DNA of 58,579 bases from Anaerolineales bacterium (GTDB taxonomy: Bacteria > Chloroflexota > Anaerolineae > Anaerolineales > UBA6663): positions 1-58,579 of the forward strand of contig DATDRS010000172.1 in assembly GCA_035291605.1 (NCBI GenBank). Reading direction: 5' to 3'. The position numbers and the translations under genes are program-made. Below the pieces are notes generated by a model that was not told the origin of the DNA, searched no databases, and saw only the letters and a list, made by a program, of their open reading frames with translations. Each line of letters opens with the position of its first letter. Positions within the stretch are counted from its first letter, which is position 1. Shown here one piece after another: positions 33,977 through 43,601 of the stretch.

Positions 33977-35101
33977 CTACCACGCGCTCAAAATCCCCGC
34001 GAGCAGCGCCGCGCGTTGCGGCAGGCTGGCGACGACGACGTGCTCCCGCTCCGAGTGCGCGCCGTTGCCCAGCGCCCCAAGGCCATCCAAAACCGGGATG
34101 CCGAGCGGGGCCACGAAGTTCGCATCCGACCCGCCGCCAGTTCCTCCTTCCCCAATTTTCATCCCCAGGGTCGCCGCAATCGCCTGCGCTTTTTTGAAAG
34201 TCGTCATCATCCGCTCGTCGCGCGGCATGGGCGGGCGGTTGAGGCCGCCTTTCACCTCCAGCGAAGTCCCCGGCAGCACGGGGGTGAGCGCGCGCATCCA
34301 TTGGGTGATGCGCTCCGCTTCCTCCGGGGTCATCACGCGCATGTCCACGCGAACACGAGCCTCGTCCGGCACCACGTTCGGGCGCGAGCCGCCGCCGATG
34401 ACGCCGACGTTGACCGTCGTGCCTCTTTCGTAGTCGGTGAGCTTCTGCACTGCGAGGACGTGGTGGGCGATCTCCTCAATCGCGTTCCGCCCGGTCTCGT
34501 GGTTCGTCCCCGCGTGGGCCGCCTTGCCGCGCGCGACGATCTCGAAATCGCCCACACCCTTGCGCCACGTCTTAAGCGAGCCGTCGGGCAGGCACGGCTC
34601 GAGACACAGCGCCAGCGCCGCTTTTTTCGCCAGCCGTTCGATGACTGCGCGGGAATAAGTGCTGCGGGTTTCCTCGTCCGAGGTGAACAGGGTTGTGATC
34701 GGGCGCGCAGGCCACTCGCCTATGTCTTTGAACGCGGCCAACACGGTCAACGCCAGCGCGATGCTGGCCTTCATGTCCACCACGCCCGGCCCCATCACTT
34801 TGTCGTTCACTTCCCGCCAGGGTTGGCGGGCCAGCGTGCCCAGGCCAAACACCGTATCCATGTGGCACAAAACCAGGAGGCCCTCTTCGCCCTCGCCCCA
34901 CTGGCCGATGACGTTGTCGCCGACGGCGGTCTGCGCGTCAATCGTCACCGCCGCCCCGAGGCGGCCCAACTCCCCGGCGACGACAGCCCCGAGCCGGTCC
35001 ACCGCCGCCTTGTCGGTGGACGGCGATTCAATTTCGACCAGGCGTTTGAGCAGGGCGACCATCTCGCCCGTTCGACCGGCAAAATCAGTGATTGAGAGCA
35101 T
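33977..35101 (-). CDS. M20-family metallopeptidase (carboxypeptidase G2/ArgE-like)
   Basis: 374 aa. Contains 'LVLCHMDTV', 'GVVDMKASIA' and 'FTSDEETRS', the typical M20 metal ligands. Confidence 0.85.
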   Translation of the reverse strand: MLSITDFAGRTGEMVALLKRLVEIESPSTDKAAVDRLGAVVAGELGRLGAAVTIDAQTAVGDNVIGQWGEGEEGLLVLCHMDTVFGLGTLARQPWREVNDKVMGPGVVDMKASIALALTVLAAFKDIGEWPARPITTLFTSDEETRSTYSRAVIERLAKKAALALCLEPCLPDGSLKTWRKGVGDFEIVARGKAAHAGTNHETGRNAIEEIAHHVLAVQKLTDYERGTTVNVGVIGGGSRPNVVPDEARVRVDMRVMTPEEAERITQWMRALTPVLPGTSLEVKGGLNRPPMPRDERMMTTFKKAQAIAATLGMKIGEGGTGGGSDANFVAPLGIPVLDGLGALGNGAHSEREHVVVASLPQRAALLAGILSAW

Positions 35102-35124
35102 GGTCTAGCCTCCAGGAGCCGAAC

Positions 35125-35895
35125 TTATTCAAGTACATAACGCGGATAAGTCTGCTTGGCGCGCTCGGCTTCGCGCAGGTCAATCTCGACGGTGACGAAG
35201 GCGCGCTCGCGCGAGGTCAGGCCCAACACCTGACCATCCGGGCCGACGATCCAGCCTTGCCCGCCCAGGTCGGCCGCGCGCCCGGCGGGGTTGACGTGAT
35301 TGGAGGACAGGCAGAACGCGCCCGAGGCAATCGCCGCTACGCGCCCGCCCGTCAGCCACTTCTCGACCGTCCCCTTCTCGGTCGCGCGCGGGTTGGCGAT
35401 GATATGCGCGCCCGCCCTGCCGTAAGCCCTGGCGCGTTCCATGAACCAGAGATCGGTGCAAATCTGAAAGCCGATTTTCGCGCCGTTGCTCTCGATGGGG
35501 GTGAACTGGCCGTCGCCACGCTGATACCACGACGCCTCCCAAAACCCATCTTCGTCCGGCAGATAGTATTTGACGTGGGCCGCGCGGTAGCCCACCCCCG
35601 CCTCCCAGACGAAACCCTCGTTGAGCCGCTTCTCGCCGCGGTTCACGGGGCGCGAGCCGAGGACAACCGCCGGCGCGAGTTCCAGTAAATGCGCCTGCCA
35701 GGCGTCATGCGCGGCGATCAGCGCCTCCCAGATCGCCCGGTCGAATCGCCGCCGCCACGCGAACCAGGGGTAAAAGGGCATTTCGGGCAGGAGCACGAGG
35801 TCGCTGGCCTCCGCCCGGACGTGCGCCGCGAGCCGCTCCCAGTCGCGCGCAAACTCCTCCGCGTCGTCGCCCAATTCGCAAACGGTGACTTTCAT
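35125..35895 (-). CDS. carbon-nitrogen hydrolase (nitrilase superfamily)
   Basis: Trimmed to the ATG at 35895 ('MKVTVCELGDD'). Glu-Lys-Cys triad context 'LLPEMPF' .. 'IGFQICTDLWF'. Confidence 0.8.
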   Translation of the reverse strand: MKVTVCELGDDAEEFARDWERLAAHVRAEASDLVLLPEMPFYPWFAWRRRFDRAIWEALIAAHDAWQAHLLELAPAVVLGSRPVNRGEKRLNEGFVWEAGVGYRAAHVKYYLPDEDGFWEASWYQRGDGQFTPIESNGAKIGFQICTDLWFMERARAYGRAGAHIIANPRATEKGTVEKWLTGGRVAAIASGAFCLSSNHVNPAGRAADLGGQGWIVGPDGQVLGLTSRERAFVTVEIDLREAERAKQTYPRYVLE

Positions 35896-35938
35896 ACGGA
35901 ACAAAAACAACACCGCCCCTACGCGGCGGTGTTTCTCA

Positions 35939-36027
35939 GGCGGAGAGGGCGGGATTTGAACCCGCGATGGTGTAACCCATACGCGCTTTCCAGACGCGCG
36001 CCATAGGCCAGACTAGGCGACCTCTCC
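35939..36027 (-). tRNA. tRNA-Ser (anticodon GGA)
   Basis: Hand-folded cloverleaf. Acceptor GGAGAGG/CCTCTCC. Anticodon stem CGCGT/GCGCG with loop CTGGAAA. Long variable arm ATGG-GTTACA-CCAT. T-arm GCGGG-TTCAAAT-CCCGC. Discriminator G plus encoded CC. Confidence 0.85.
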
Positions 36028-36050
36028 GGGCGAGCGAGATTATACCACGC

Positions 36051-37388
36051 CTATCCCGGGAACATCGTCTCCAGTAGTTCCGGGGCGTACCGCGCGGCCA
36101 TGTCCGACGAGATCGAGCTGCTCCTGCAGATCTCCGCGTAGAGCTGCGCCGAACGGCGCGGGGAGCGGGCGAGCGTCTCCGTGTCCAGCGCATACAAGCC
36201 GAAGCGGTGCGTCCAGCCGCGCTCCCACTCGAAGTTGTCCACCAGCGACCAGTAAAAGTAGCCGCGCACGCCCCAGTTGAAGTTCACCGCCTTCCACAAC
36301 TCGCGCAGGTGCGTCAGGATGTAGCGCGGGCGCATTCTGTCCGCCGCGTCGCCTACCCCATTTTCGGTGACGTAGATAGGCAGCCCCTGCATACAGGCCC
36401 ACTTGAGCGCCTGGTAGAAACCGGGGGGATAAGCGGCTGTCCACTGGCCCTCGTCATCCGGCTCCGCATCCGGCGGAAACGAGCGGCGCGTGAACAACTC
36501 ACCTGGGTTGGTCAGGTCAAACCGCGCCAGCTCGGCGGTGTAGTAGTTGAGGCCAAAATAATCCTGCGTCCCTTTCGCTTGTGGGACCCGGACGGAGGGG
36601 CCAAGCGCCTGCCGCAGTCTGCCAGTCTGGATGGCGTCGGGGAACAGGCCGCTGAAAAGGTTGAACTGCGTCCGCGCCGCCCAGGCGTCCGGCCCAAAGC
36701 CCGGATGCGCCGGCTCGATGGGGCGGACGTGGATCGCCAGGCCGACGCGCGCATCCGGCTGCAATGCATGAATGGCATGGTACGCCGCCGCGTGCGCCTT
36801 CAGGATGTTCTGCGCGACTTGCGGGACCAGCCGCAGATCGTGTTTACCCGGCGGCCAGAGGCCTTTCAGCCACCCAAACATGAGGTAGACGTTCGGCTCG
36901 TTGATCGTGCACCACAGGCGCACGTGCTCGCCCAGCGCCTTCACCACTTTGCGCGTGTACCGCTCAAACAGCGTCACGGCCTCGCCCGTTTCCCAGGCAG
37001 CCCGCTCGGCGACCCACCGCGGATTGACGAAGTGATGGAGCGTGACGAGCGGCTCGAGGCCGCGCTCGCGCAGGCCCAGGATCATCTGACGGTAATGATC
37101 GAGCGCATCCTCGTCCCAGCGCGCGGGGGTCGGCTCGACGCGGCTCCACTCCACGGACATCCGCAGCGCGGCGTGCCCGTCCCCGGCAGCACGGTCAAAA
37201 TCCTCGCGCCAGCGCCGGCCCTCCCACCAATCGCACGCCCGCGCGGACTTGTGCCCCTGCGCGATGCGCCCCACCCCCTGCTCCCACTCCCACCAGTCAG
37301 TATTCAGGCTGTTGCCCTCGACCTGATAACCGGCCGTCGCCGTCCCCCACAGGAAGCTTGGCGGAAAAGAATGTGTGGCTTCAGCCAT
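36051..37388 (-). CDS. GH1 beta-glucosidase
   Basis: 445 aa. Contains 'FLWGTATAGYQVEG', acid/base 'TINEPNVY' and nucleophile 'YVTENGV'. Confidence 0.9.
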   Translation of the reverse strand: MAEATHSFPPSFLWGTATAGYQVEGNSLNTDWWEWEQGVGRIAQGHKSARACDWWEGRRWREDFDRAAGDGHAALRMSVEWSRVEPTPARWDEDALDHYRQMILGLRERGLEPLVTLHHFVNPRWVAERAAWETGEAVTLFERYTRKVVKALGEHVRLWCTINEPNVYLMFGWLKGLWPPGKHDLRLVPQVAQNILKAHAAAYHAIHALQPDARVGLAIHVRPIEPAHPGFGPDAWAARTQFNLFSGLFPDAIQTGRLRQALGPSVRVPQAKGTQDYFGLNYYTAELARFDLTNPGELFTRRSFPPDAEPDDEGQWTAAYPPGFYQALKWACMQGLPIYVTENGVGDAADRMRPRYILTHLRELWKAVNFNWGVRGYFYWSLVDNFEWERGWTHRFGLYALDTETLARSPRRSAQLYAEICRSSSISSDMAARYAPELLETMFPG

Positions 37389-37389
37389 T

Positions 37390-37445
37390 CAGTCGTCAGT
37401 AGACAGTCGCCAGTAGACAGAAGTTCCGCTATCAGCTATCTGCTA
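37390..37445. repeat. degenerate heptamer tandem array (CAGTNGN x5, then TCNGCTA x3)
   Basis: Reads CAGTCGT CAGTAGA CAGTCGC CAGTAGA CAGAAGT TCCGCTA TCAGCTA TCTGCTA. Fills the 54-nt spacer between the GNAT stop and the GH1 start. Confidence 0.7.
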
Positions 37446-38165
37446 CCCACTCACCGCCTGTCCCACATACTCCCTCAAGCCTGTGTCTCTGAACCCCACC
37501 GCCTCCGTCAGCCGGATGGAAGCCTCGTTGGATTCGGCGACGACGTAGAGCGGCGTGCGCCCGGAGTTGAGGACCGTCCCGACCACCGACGCGACGACTG
37601 AGCGCCCCCAGCCTCGGCCGCGCGCCGCCGGATCGGTGTAGACAAAAATCTCGGCGAACGAGGGTGATTGCCAGTTCACGCCCGCCACGGCGCCCACGCC
37701 CCCAGCCGTGCGGATTTCGCAGCGCGGCGCGCCGTCGGCGCCCGTGCTCGTCACCGCCAGCGCATTGATGTCGGGTTGATAATGCCGGGGGTCGAGGCGG
37801 TAAACGCGATGCAGTTCGACGTCGGTCAGGACGAGATGCTTGTTCGCCCAGCCCGCCAGGGCGACGGGGATGGTCAGGTACATCGGCCTCCCGGGCGGCA
37901 GCCCCACCTGGAAAAGCGCCTGGGCCGCCGCCTCCGTCAGGGCGCGGAACGTCACGAGCGGACGGAATAAATCCATCCCGGTCCGCGCGCGCACCAGAAA
38001 ACCATCCGCGCGATCCAGCACATCGCCTGTATGAACAAACAGCTCGGCGCGCTGCGGCGGGTAGTGAAAAGCGTAATACGTCGCCAGCGCATCGGCGGGG
38101 GAACGCTCGTCCAACAGGGGTCGAATGCTGGCCCGGAGGGTCTCGCGCGAGGCAGGCGCGGTCAT
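37443..38165 (-). CDS. GNAT-family N-acetyltransferase
   Basis: 240 aa. The C-terminal half has an acetyl-CoA-binding-like 'IFVYTDPAARGRGWGRSVVASVV'. Confidence 0.55.
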   Translation of the reverse strand: MTAPASRETLRASIRPLLDERSPADALATYYAFHYPPQRAELFVHTGDVLDRADGFLVRARTGMDLFRPLVTFRALTEAAAQALFQVGLPPGRPMYLTIPVALAGWANKHLVLTDVELHRVYRLDPRHYQPDINALAVTSTGADGAPRCEIRTAGGVGAVAGVNWQSPSFAEIFVYTDPAARGRGWGRSVVASVVGTVLNSGRTPLYVVAESNEASIRLTEAVGFRDTGLREYVGQAVSG

Positions 38166-38302
38166 GGCAGGCAGTATAGCATGAGTCCGATGTGACGAGT
38201 TGCCCCCTCAAAATATGACATATCCCACTAGCAAGATGACATTCTGCGTCTATGCTATCAGAGAGAAAGTGTTGTCACCTTTGTAGAGGCAGATTGGCCA
38301 CA

Positions 38303-39091
38303 ATGGCCGACGCAGTCAACCACTCCGAACTCAGCGTGCTGGCGGTTACACAGGGCCAGTGGGGGGAACGCATTGCCGACTATGTAGGCCGTCATCCTCC
38401 ACCTTCGTGGACTGTTCACCGCTGGGCCGCGCCGCGCGCGCTTCCCCTCGTCGTGGACGACCCGGCGGATTATCTGCCGCGCGCCCTGCCCGCGGTGGAT
38501 CTCATCCTCGCGCTGGGCGACACGCCAGCCGTGGCCCAACTGATCCCGGACGTCGTCCGCCTGACCGGTGCGAAGTCGGTCATCGCGCCGATTGACCGGA
38601 ATGAAAGCCTGCCGCCGGGACTCGTCGCGCAGCTCCGCCGCTGGCTCGCGGACCTGGGCGCGGTCGCGGTCTTCCCCAAGCCGTTCTGCTCGCTCACCGA
38701 AACCACGTACAACCGGCCGCCCATCGTCGAGCAGTACGACGATCCGCGCATCCGGCGCTTTGCCGCCGCGTTCGGCGCGCCGCGCTTTGAAGTCAGGGTG
38801 AACGGCGACCGCCGCATTGAGGGCGTGAAAGTGGGGCGCGGCTCGGCCTGCGGCTGCGCCGATTTTGTGGCGCAGGGGTTGCCGGGCTGCCCGGTAGACG
38901 AGGCCGAACACGAGGCCGGGATGCTGCACCACCACTACCCCTGCCTCGCCAGCATGAACCAGGATGCGGATTACCAGGACACGCTGATGCACGTCTCCGG
39001 CCACCTCCTGCGCGAAGCGGTGAAAAAGGAAATCAAAGACTATCTTGAACCGGCGCCATACCTGAGGCCGGAGGGGAGGGCGGATGGATAG
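38303..39091 (+). CDS. DUF166-like protein (COG1810)
   Basis: Start placed at the ATG at 38303. 'LAVTQGQWGERIADYV', 'AVDLILALGDTPAV', 'PKPFCSLTE' and 'CGCADF' resemble the DUF166 family by eye. Lies directly upstream of cooS/acsB. Confidence 0.45.
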   Translation: MADAVNHSELSVLAVTQGQWGERIADYVGRHPPPSWTVHRWAAPRALPLVVDDPADYLPRALPAVDLILALGDTPAVAQLIPDVVRLTGAKSVIAPIDRNESLPPGLVAQLRRWLADLGAVAVFPKPFCSLTETTYNRPPIVEQYDDPRIRRFAAAFGAPRFEVRVNGDRRIEGVKVGRGSACGCADFVAQGLPGCPVDEAEHEAGMLHHHYPCLASMNQDADYQDTLMHVSGHLLREAVKKEIKDYLEPAPYLRPEGRADG

Positions 39092-39095
39092 GGGG

Positions 39096-39178
39096 AAATC
39101 CCGAACTCCAAATCCTAAATCTCAAATCTCTCGCGTCTCATCTCACTCTTTAACTTGGTACCTGATTCTCAATTCTCA
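39096..39178. repeat. degenerate heptamer tandem array (AAATCTC-type) in the cooS leader
   Basis: Reads AAATCCC GAACTCC AAATCCT AAATCTC AAATCTC TCGCGTC TCATCTC ACTCTTT (39096-39151), then ATTCTCA ATTCTCA (39165-39178). Lies between the DUF166 stop and the cooS SD (GCAGGAGG). Confidence 0.7.
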
Positions 39179-39198
39179 CTCCGCCGCAGGAGGCTCAC

Positions 39199-41187
39199 AT
39201 GGCAAAGACTCGCACCAATCCGCAACGCAGCATTGATCCCGCAGCGCAGCAAATGCTCATTCGCGCCGAGGAACTCGGCCTGGGCACAGCCTTCACCCGC
39301 GCCGAGGCGATGGCCGCCTGTCCGATCGGTATCGGCAATTCGGCCGGCATCTGCTGCAAGAACTGCTTCATGGGCCCGTGCCGCCTGACCAAAGAGGGCC
39401 AGGTCGGCGTGTGCGGCGCGACGGTGGAGACGATCGCGGCGCGCAACCTCGCCCGCGCCGTCGCCGCCGGCTCCGCCGCGCACTCGGACCACGGGCGCGA
39501 CGTGGCCTTCACGCTGCTCGCCGCCGCCGAGGGCCAGGCGCAGGGCTACGAGATCCGCGACCTCACCAAGCTGCTGGTGGTCGCGCGCAAGTTCGGCGTC
39601 CCCACCGAGAAGCGCACGGTCGAAGACATCGCGAAGGACGTGGCGCACAAAGCCATTGCGCAGTTCGGCCAGCAGACCGGCGAATTGATCTACGTCAAGA
39701 CCGCGCCGAAGAAGCGGCAGGAGCTCTGGCGCAAGTATGGCGTCGTCCCGCGCGGGATTGACCGCGAGGTGGTGGACGTGCTGCACCGCACGCACATGGG
39801 CGACGACCAGGAGCCGGAGCACATCCTCAAGGGCGCCATCCGCTGCGCGCTCGCCGACGGCTGGGGCGGCTCGATGCTCGCCACCGACCTCTCCGACATC
39901 CTCTTCGGGACGCCCGCGCCGCGCGTGGGGCAGGTCAACCTCGGCGTGCTCAAAGACGACGAAGTCAACATCGTCCTGCACGGCCACGAGCCAACACTGT
40001 CCGAGATGATTGTCAGGGCGGCGAGCGAGCCGGAGATGATCGAGTACGCCAGGAGCAAGGGCGCGAAAGGCATCAACCTGGCCGGCATTTGCTGCACCTC
40101 GAATGAGATTCTGCTGCGGCAGGGCGTGCCCTCGGCCGGTAACTTCCTGCACCAGGAGCTGGCGCTGCTCACGGGCGCGGTCGAGGCGATGGTGGTGGAC
40201 GTGCAGTGCATCATGCAGGCCCTCCCCAACCTGGCCGCCAAGTTCCACACCAAGTTCATCACGACCTCGCCGAAGGTGAAGATCACGGGCGGGATGCACA
40301 TCGAGTTCGACGAGCACAAGGCGCTCGATCAGGCGCGCGAGATCGTGAAGATCGCGATTGACAACTATCCCAATCGCGGCGCGATCACCATCCCGGCGAT
40401 CACCAACGACATCATCCCCGGCTTCTCGCAGGAGTACATCAACTACATGCTCGGCGGCACGTACCGCGCCTCGTTCCGCCCGCTCAACGACGCCATCATG
40501 TCTGGGCGCATCCGGGGCGTGGCCGCGGACGTGGGCTGCAACAACCCGCGCACCACGCAGGACAAGACGCACGAGTTTCTGGTGCGCGAACTGCTGAAGA
40601 AAGACGTGCTCGTCGTGCAGACCGGATGCGGCGCGCTGGCCGCCGCGAAGTACGGCTACTCGGTCGGCGAGGCCGCCCTGGAATATGCGGGGCCGGGCCT
40701 GCGCGAGGTGTGCGAGGCGACCGGGATGCCGCCCGTGCTGCACATGGGGTCGTGCGTGGACAACACCCGCATCCTCACCGTGCTCACGCAGATGGCGCAG
40801 GAAGGCGGCCTGGGCGACGACATCTCCGACATCCCCGCCGTGGGCCTCGCGCCGGAGTGGATGAGCGAGAAGGCGCTCGCTATCGGCGTGTACGCGGCGG
40901 CCTCGGGCGCGTATGTCATCTTCGGGATTGACTCGCCCGTTGGCGCGTCCGACGAGGTCGTGCGCGTGATGACCGAGACGTGGGAGAAAGTCCTCGGCGG
41001 CAAGATGGAGTTCGTCACCAGCGACGAGGAGATGCTGCAGAAGACGCTCGCGCACATTGACGCCAAACGCGCCGCGCTCGGCCTGCCCGCCTACGACCCA
41101 AAGCGCTTCGGGCGCAGCGGCGACTGGCGCGTGCTTGAGGTGTATGAGCGCCAGGAGGCGTCGGCTGAAGCGCTGTATGGAGGGTAA
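39199..41187 (+). CDS. cooS: anaerobic Ni-Fe-S carbon monoxide dehydrogenase catalytic subunit
   Basis: 662 aa. N-terminal cluster motifs 'CPIGIGNSAGICCKNCFMGPCRL..GVCGA' and typical CooS/AcsA length and composition. Confidence 0.9.
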   Translation: MAKTRTNPQRSIDPAAQQMLIRAEELGLGTAFTRAEAMAACPIGIGNSAGICCKNCFMGPCRLTKEGQVGVCGATVETIAARNLARAVAAGSAAHSDHGRDVAFTLLAAAEGQAQGYEIRDLTKLLVVARKFGVPTEKRTVEDIAKDVAHKAIAQFGQQTGELIYVKTAPKKRQELWRKYGVVPRGIDREVVDVLHRTHMGDDQEPEHILKGAIRCALADGWGGSMLATDLSDILFGTPAPRVGQVNLGVLKDDEVNIVLHGHEPTLSEMIVRAASEPEMIEYARSKGAKGINLAGICCTSNEILLRQGVPSAGNFLHQELALLTGAVEAMVVDVQCIMQALPNLAAKFHTKFITTSPKVKITGGMHIEFDEHKALDQAREIVKIAIDNYPNRGAITIPAITNDIIPGFSQEYINYMLGGTYRASFRPLNDAIMSGRIRGVAADVGCNNPRTTQDKTHEFLVRELLKKDVLVVQTGCGALAAAKYGYSVGEAALEYAGPGLREVCEATGMPPVLHMGSCVDNTRILTVLTQMAQEGGLGDDISDIPAVGLAPEWMSEKALAIGVYAAASGAYVIFGIDSPVGASDEVVRVMTETWEKVLGGKMEFVTSDEEMLQKTLAHIDAKRAALGLPAYDPKRFGRSGDWRVLEVYERQEASAEALYGG

Positions 41188-41243
41188 GGCAGTGAGATCA
41201 ACCAACGTCGGCGAAGTAATTTTGAACTCACAGGAGTGACCCC

Positions 41244-43523
41244 ATGTCCCGATACATCGCAACCCGCGCCATCACTGGCGCACACCAGGTCGTCAACGAA
41301 TTCGAGGGCCTGCTGACCCAGGCGCTCACCGAAAAAGGGCCGGACACGCCCATTGCGTTCCCGAACACGGCGTACTACCTGCCCTTCATCCTCGGCATGA
41401 CCGGGCAGCCGGTCGAGAAACTCGGGGACCTGCAGCCTGTGCTCGACACCGCCAAAAAACTTCTGCACCCTGCGCCGCCTGACCGCCGTTGGACGCCCTA
41501 CCTGGGACAGACGCTCGACGCAGGGATGGCGACGCTGTTCGCGGAAGAGGGCATTGAGGCCGTGCGCTTCGCCTACGGCCACGAGCCGCAGAAACTGCCC
41601 GGCTTCCGGCTGGCGGGCGGCACCTCGTTCACCAACCCGGAGTTCGACAAAGATGGCGATGGCCACCTGAACGGGCCGATTGACGACATCCAGCTCCGGT
41701 CGTGGGGCATTCAACTCGTGGACGGACGCATGCCGGGGTTCGCGGCTATCGTCGGGTGCGCCAAGTCCAACGAGGTCGCGGTCAAAATCGTGCGGGAACT
41801 GCAGCGCCGCAACATCCTCACCTTCCTCTCCGGCAACGTCAACGGGCGGAGCATCATCCACCAGTTGATGGAAGAAGGCGTGGAGCTGGGCTACGACACT
41901 TACACCGTGCCCTTCGGCCTCGATACCTACAGCGCCATTTACGCCCTCGGCTTCGCCACGCGCTCGGCGCTCACCTTCGGCGGCCTCAAGGGCGGCATGG
42001 CGCGCGACATCCTGCTCTACAACAAGAACCGTGTGTTTGCCTTCGTGCTCGCGCTCGGCGAAGTGGACGACATCAAATACGCGACGGCGGCCGGCGCGAT
42101 CAGTTTCGGCTTCCCCGTCATCGCCGACACGGTCATCCCCGAGATTCTGCCGACGGGCGTGACGACTTACGAGCACGTGGTTTCGATGCCATTCAACGAG
42201 ATCGAGGGCAAGGACGACTTGGAGCGCGTGGAGAGGCTGGTGCAGAAGTGCATCGAGGTGCGCGGGGTCAAGATCAAGCTGACCGAAGTCCCCGTGCCGG
42301 TCCCTTACGGCTCGGCGTTCGAGGGCGAGGTCGTCCGCAAGAACGACATGCGCATCGAGTTCGGCGGCAAGCATTCGCGCTGCTTCGAGTATCTGCGGAT
42401 GCTGGACTTCGACGCGGTGGAGGACGGCAAGATCGCCGTCGTCGGCCCGGACTTTGCAGACCGGCCGCTGGGCGCGGCGATAGATCTGGGCGTCGTCGTG
42501 GACGTGGCCGGACGCAAGATGCAAAAAGATTTCGAGCCGGTGCTGGAGCGGCAGATCCACCACTTCGTCAACGGCGCGTCGGGCGTCCAGCACATCGGCC
42601 AGCGCGACATCGCCTGGATCCGCATCAGCCGGAACGCCGCCGACAAGGGCTTCAACCTGCGGCACTTCGGCGACATCCTGCACGCACGCTTCCATGCCGA
42701 CTTCGGCGCGATCGTGGACAAGGTGCAGGTGACGATCTACACCGACTCGGCCGAGATGGAGAAGTGGCTGGCGACGGCCCGCGCGGCTTACGACGAGCGC
42801 AACATCCGCCTCGGTAACATGACCGACGAGAGTGTGGAGGAGTTCTACTCGTGCACGCTGTGTCAGTCGTTCGCGCCGAACCACGTCTGCATTGTGACGC
42901 CGGAGCGCCTCGGGCTGTGCGGCGCGTACAACTGGCTCGACTGCAAGGCCTCGTACCAGATCAATCCCACTGGCCCGAACCAGCCCATCAAGAAGAGTTC
43001 GACGCTCGACCCGACGAAAGGCTACTGGCAAGGAACGGACGATTTCGTCGAAGGGGCGTCGCACCAGCAGGTGACCAACGTGGCGGTGTACTCCATTATG
43101 GAGAACCCGATGACGGCCTGCGGCTGCTTCGAGTGCATCGCCATGGTCATCCCCGAGGCCAACGGGGTCATGATCCTCAGCCGCGAGGACACGAGTATGT
43201 CTCCCGCCGGGATGACGTTCTCCACGCTCGCGGGCATGGCGGGCGGCGGTCTGCAGACCCCCGGCATCATGGGCCACGGCAAGTTCTACATCATCAGCCC
43301 CAAGTTCATCTCGGCAGACGGCGGCTTCAAGCGCGTGGTGTGGATGTCGTCCATCCTCAAAGAGCAAATGGCCGAGCAGCTCAGGAAGGTGGCCGAACGC
43401 GAGGGCGATCCCGACTTGGTTGACAAGATCTGCGACGAACGGATTTCAACGGATGTGGAAGGGTTGGTCGCCTACATCACGGAGAAGAACCACCCGGCGC
43501 TGAGCATGCCGCCGTTGCTGTAG
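41244..43523 (+). CDS. acsB: CO-methylating acetyl-CoA synthase (A-cluster subunit)
   Basis: 759 aa. Contains 'CTLCQSFAPNHVCIVTPERLGLCGAYNWLDCKA' and the A-cluster 'ACGCFEC' motif. Confidence 0.9.
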   Translation: MSRYIATRAITGAHQVVNEFEGLLTQALTEKGPDTPIAFPNTAYYLPFILGMTGQPVEKLGDLQPVLDTAKKLLHPAPPDRRWTPYLGQTLDAGMATLFAEEGIEAVRFAYGHEPQKLPGFRLAGGTSFTNPEFDKDGDGHLNGPIDDIQLRSWGIQLVDGRMPGFAAIVGCAKSNEVAVKIVRELQRRNILTFLSGNVNGRSIIHQLMEEGVELGYDTYTVPFGLDTYSAIYALGFATRSALTFGGLKGGMARDILLYNKNRVFAFVLALGEVDDIKYATAAGAISFGFPVIADTVIPEILPTGVTTYEHVVSMPFNEIEGKDDLERVERLVQKCIEVRGVKIKLTEVPVPVPYGSAFEGEVVRKNDMRIEFGGKHSRCFEYLRMLDFDAVEDGKIAVVGPDFADRPLGAAIDLGVVVDVAGRKMQKDFEPVLERQIHHFVNGASGVQHIGQRDIAWIRISRNAADKGFNLRHFGDILHARFHADFGAIVDKVQVTIYTDSAEMEKWLATARAAYDERNIRLGNMTDESVEEFYSCTLCQSFAPNHVCIVTPERLGLCGAYNWLDCKASYQINPTGPNQPIKKSSTLDPTKGYWQGTDDFVEGASHQQVTNVAVYSIMENPMTACGCFECIAMVIPEANGVMILSREDTSMSPAGMTFSTLAGMAGGGLQTPGIMGHGKFYIISPKFISADGGFKRVVWMSSILKEQMAEQLRKVAEREGDPDLVDKICDERISTDVEGLVAYITEKNHPALSMPPLL

Positions 43524-43592
43524 GATGGAGGACGGAGGACGGCAGACGGAGGACGAATGCTATCGTCCTCCGTCATGCGTCCTTCGTGATCC
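43523..43592. repeat. inverted heptamer arrays (GGACGGA-type) forming a 12-bp hairpin after acsB
   Basis: Reads GGATGGA GGACGGA GGACGGC AGACGGA GGACGAA, then GTCCTCC GTCATGC GTCCTTC GTGATCC. The perfect stem GACGGAGGACGA (43545-43556) pairs with TCGTCCTCCGTC (43563-43574), with a 6-nt loop. No U-tract. Confidence 0.65.
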
Positions 43593-43601
43593 TGTTCATC
43601 C

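Noticed and set aside
39096-39178. The heptamer arrays (also 33919-33972, 37390-37445, 43523-43592 and 52941-53003) as CRISPR arrays.
   Set aside because: The repeat period is 7 nt with no spacers. The arrays are 20-80 nt long, and no cas genes occur in the window.
39169-43367. Very long antisense ORFs opposite cooS and acsB (697 aa at 39169-41262 and 758 aa at 41091-43367). Similar shadow ORFs lie opposite other genes: 3668-5170, 5830-7380, 18172-19518, 27193-29025, 30119-31426, 34016-35095, 36207-37601 and 56132-57484.
   Set aside because: Each mirrors a gene with unmistakable family motifs on the other strand. Their products are Arg/Gly/Ala/His/Asp-rich low-complexity strings with no motifs. 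Stop-free antisense frames are expected at this G+C content.
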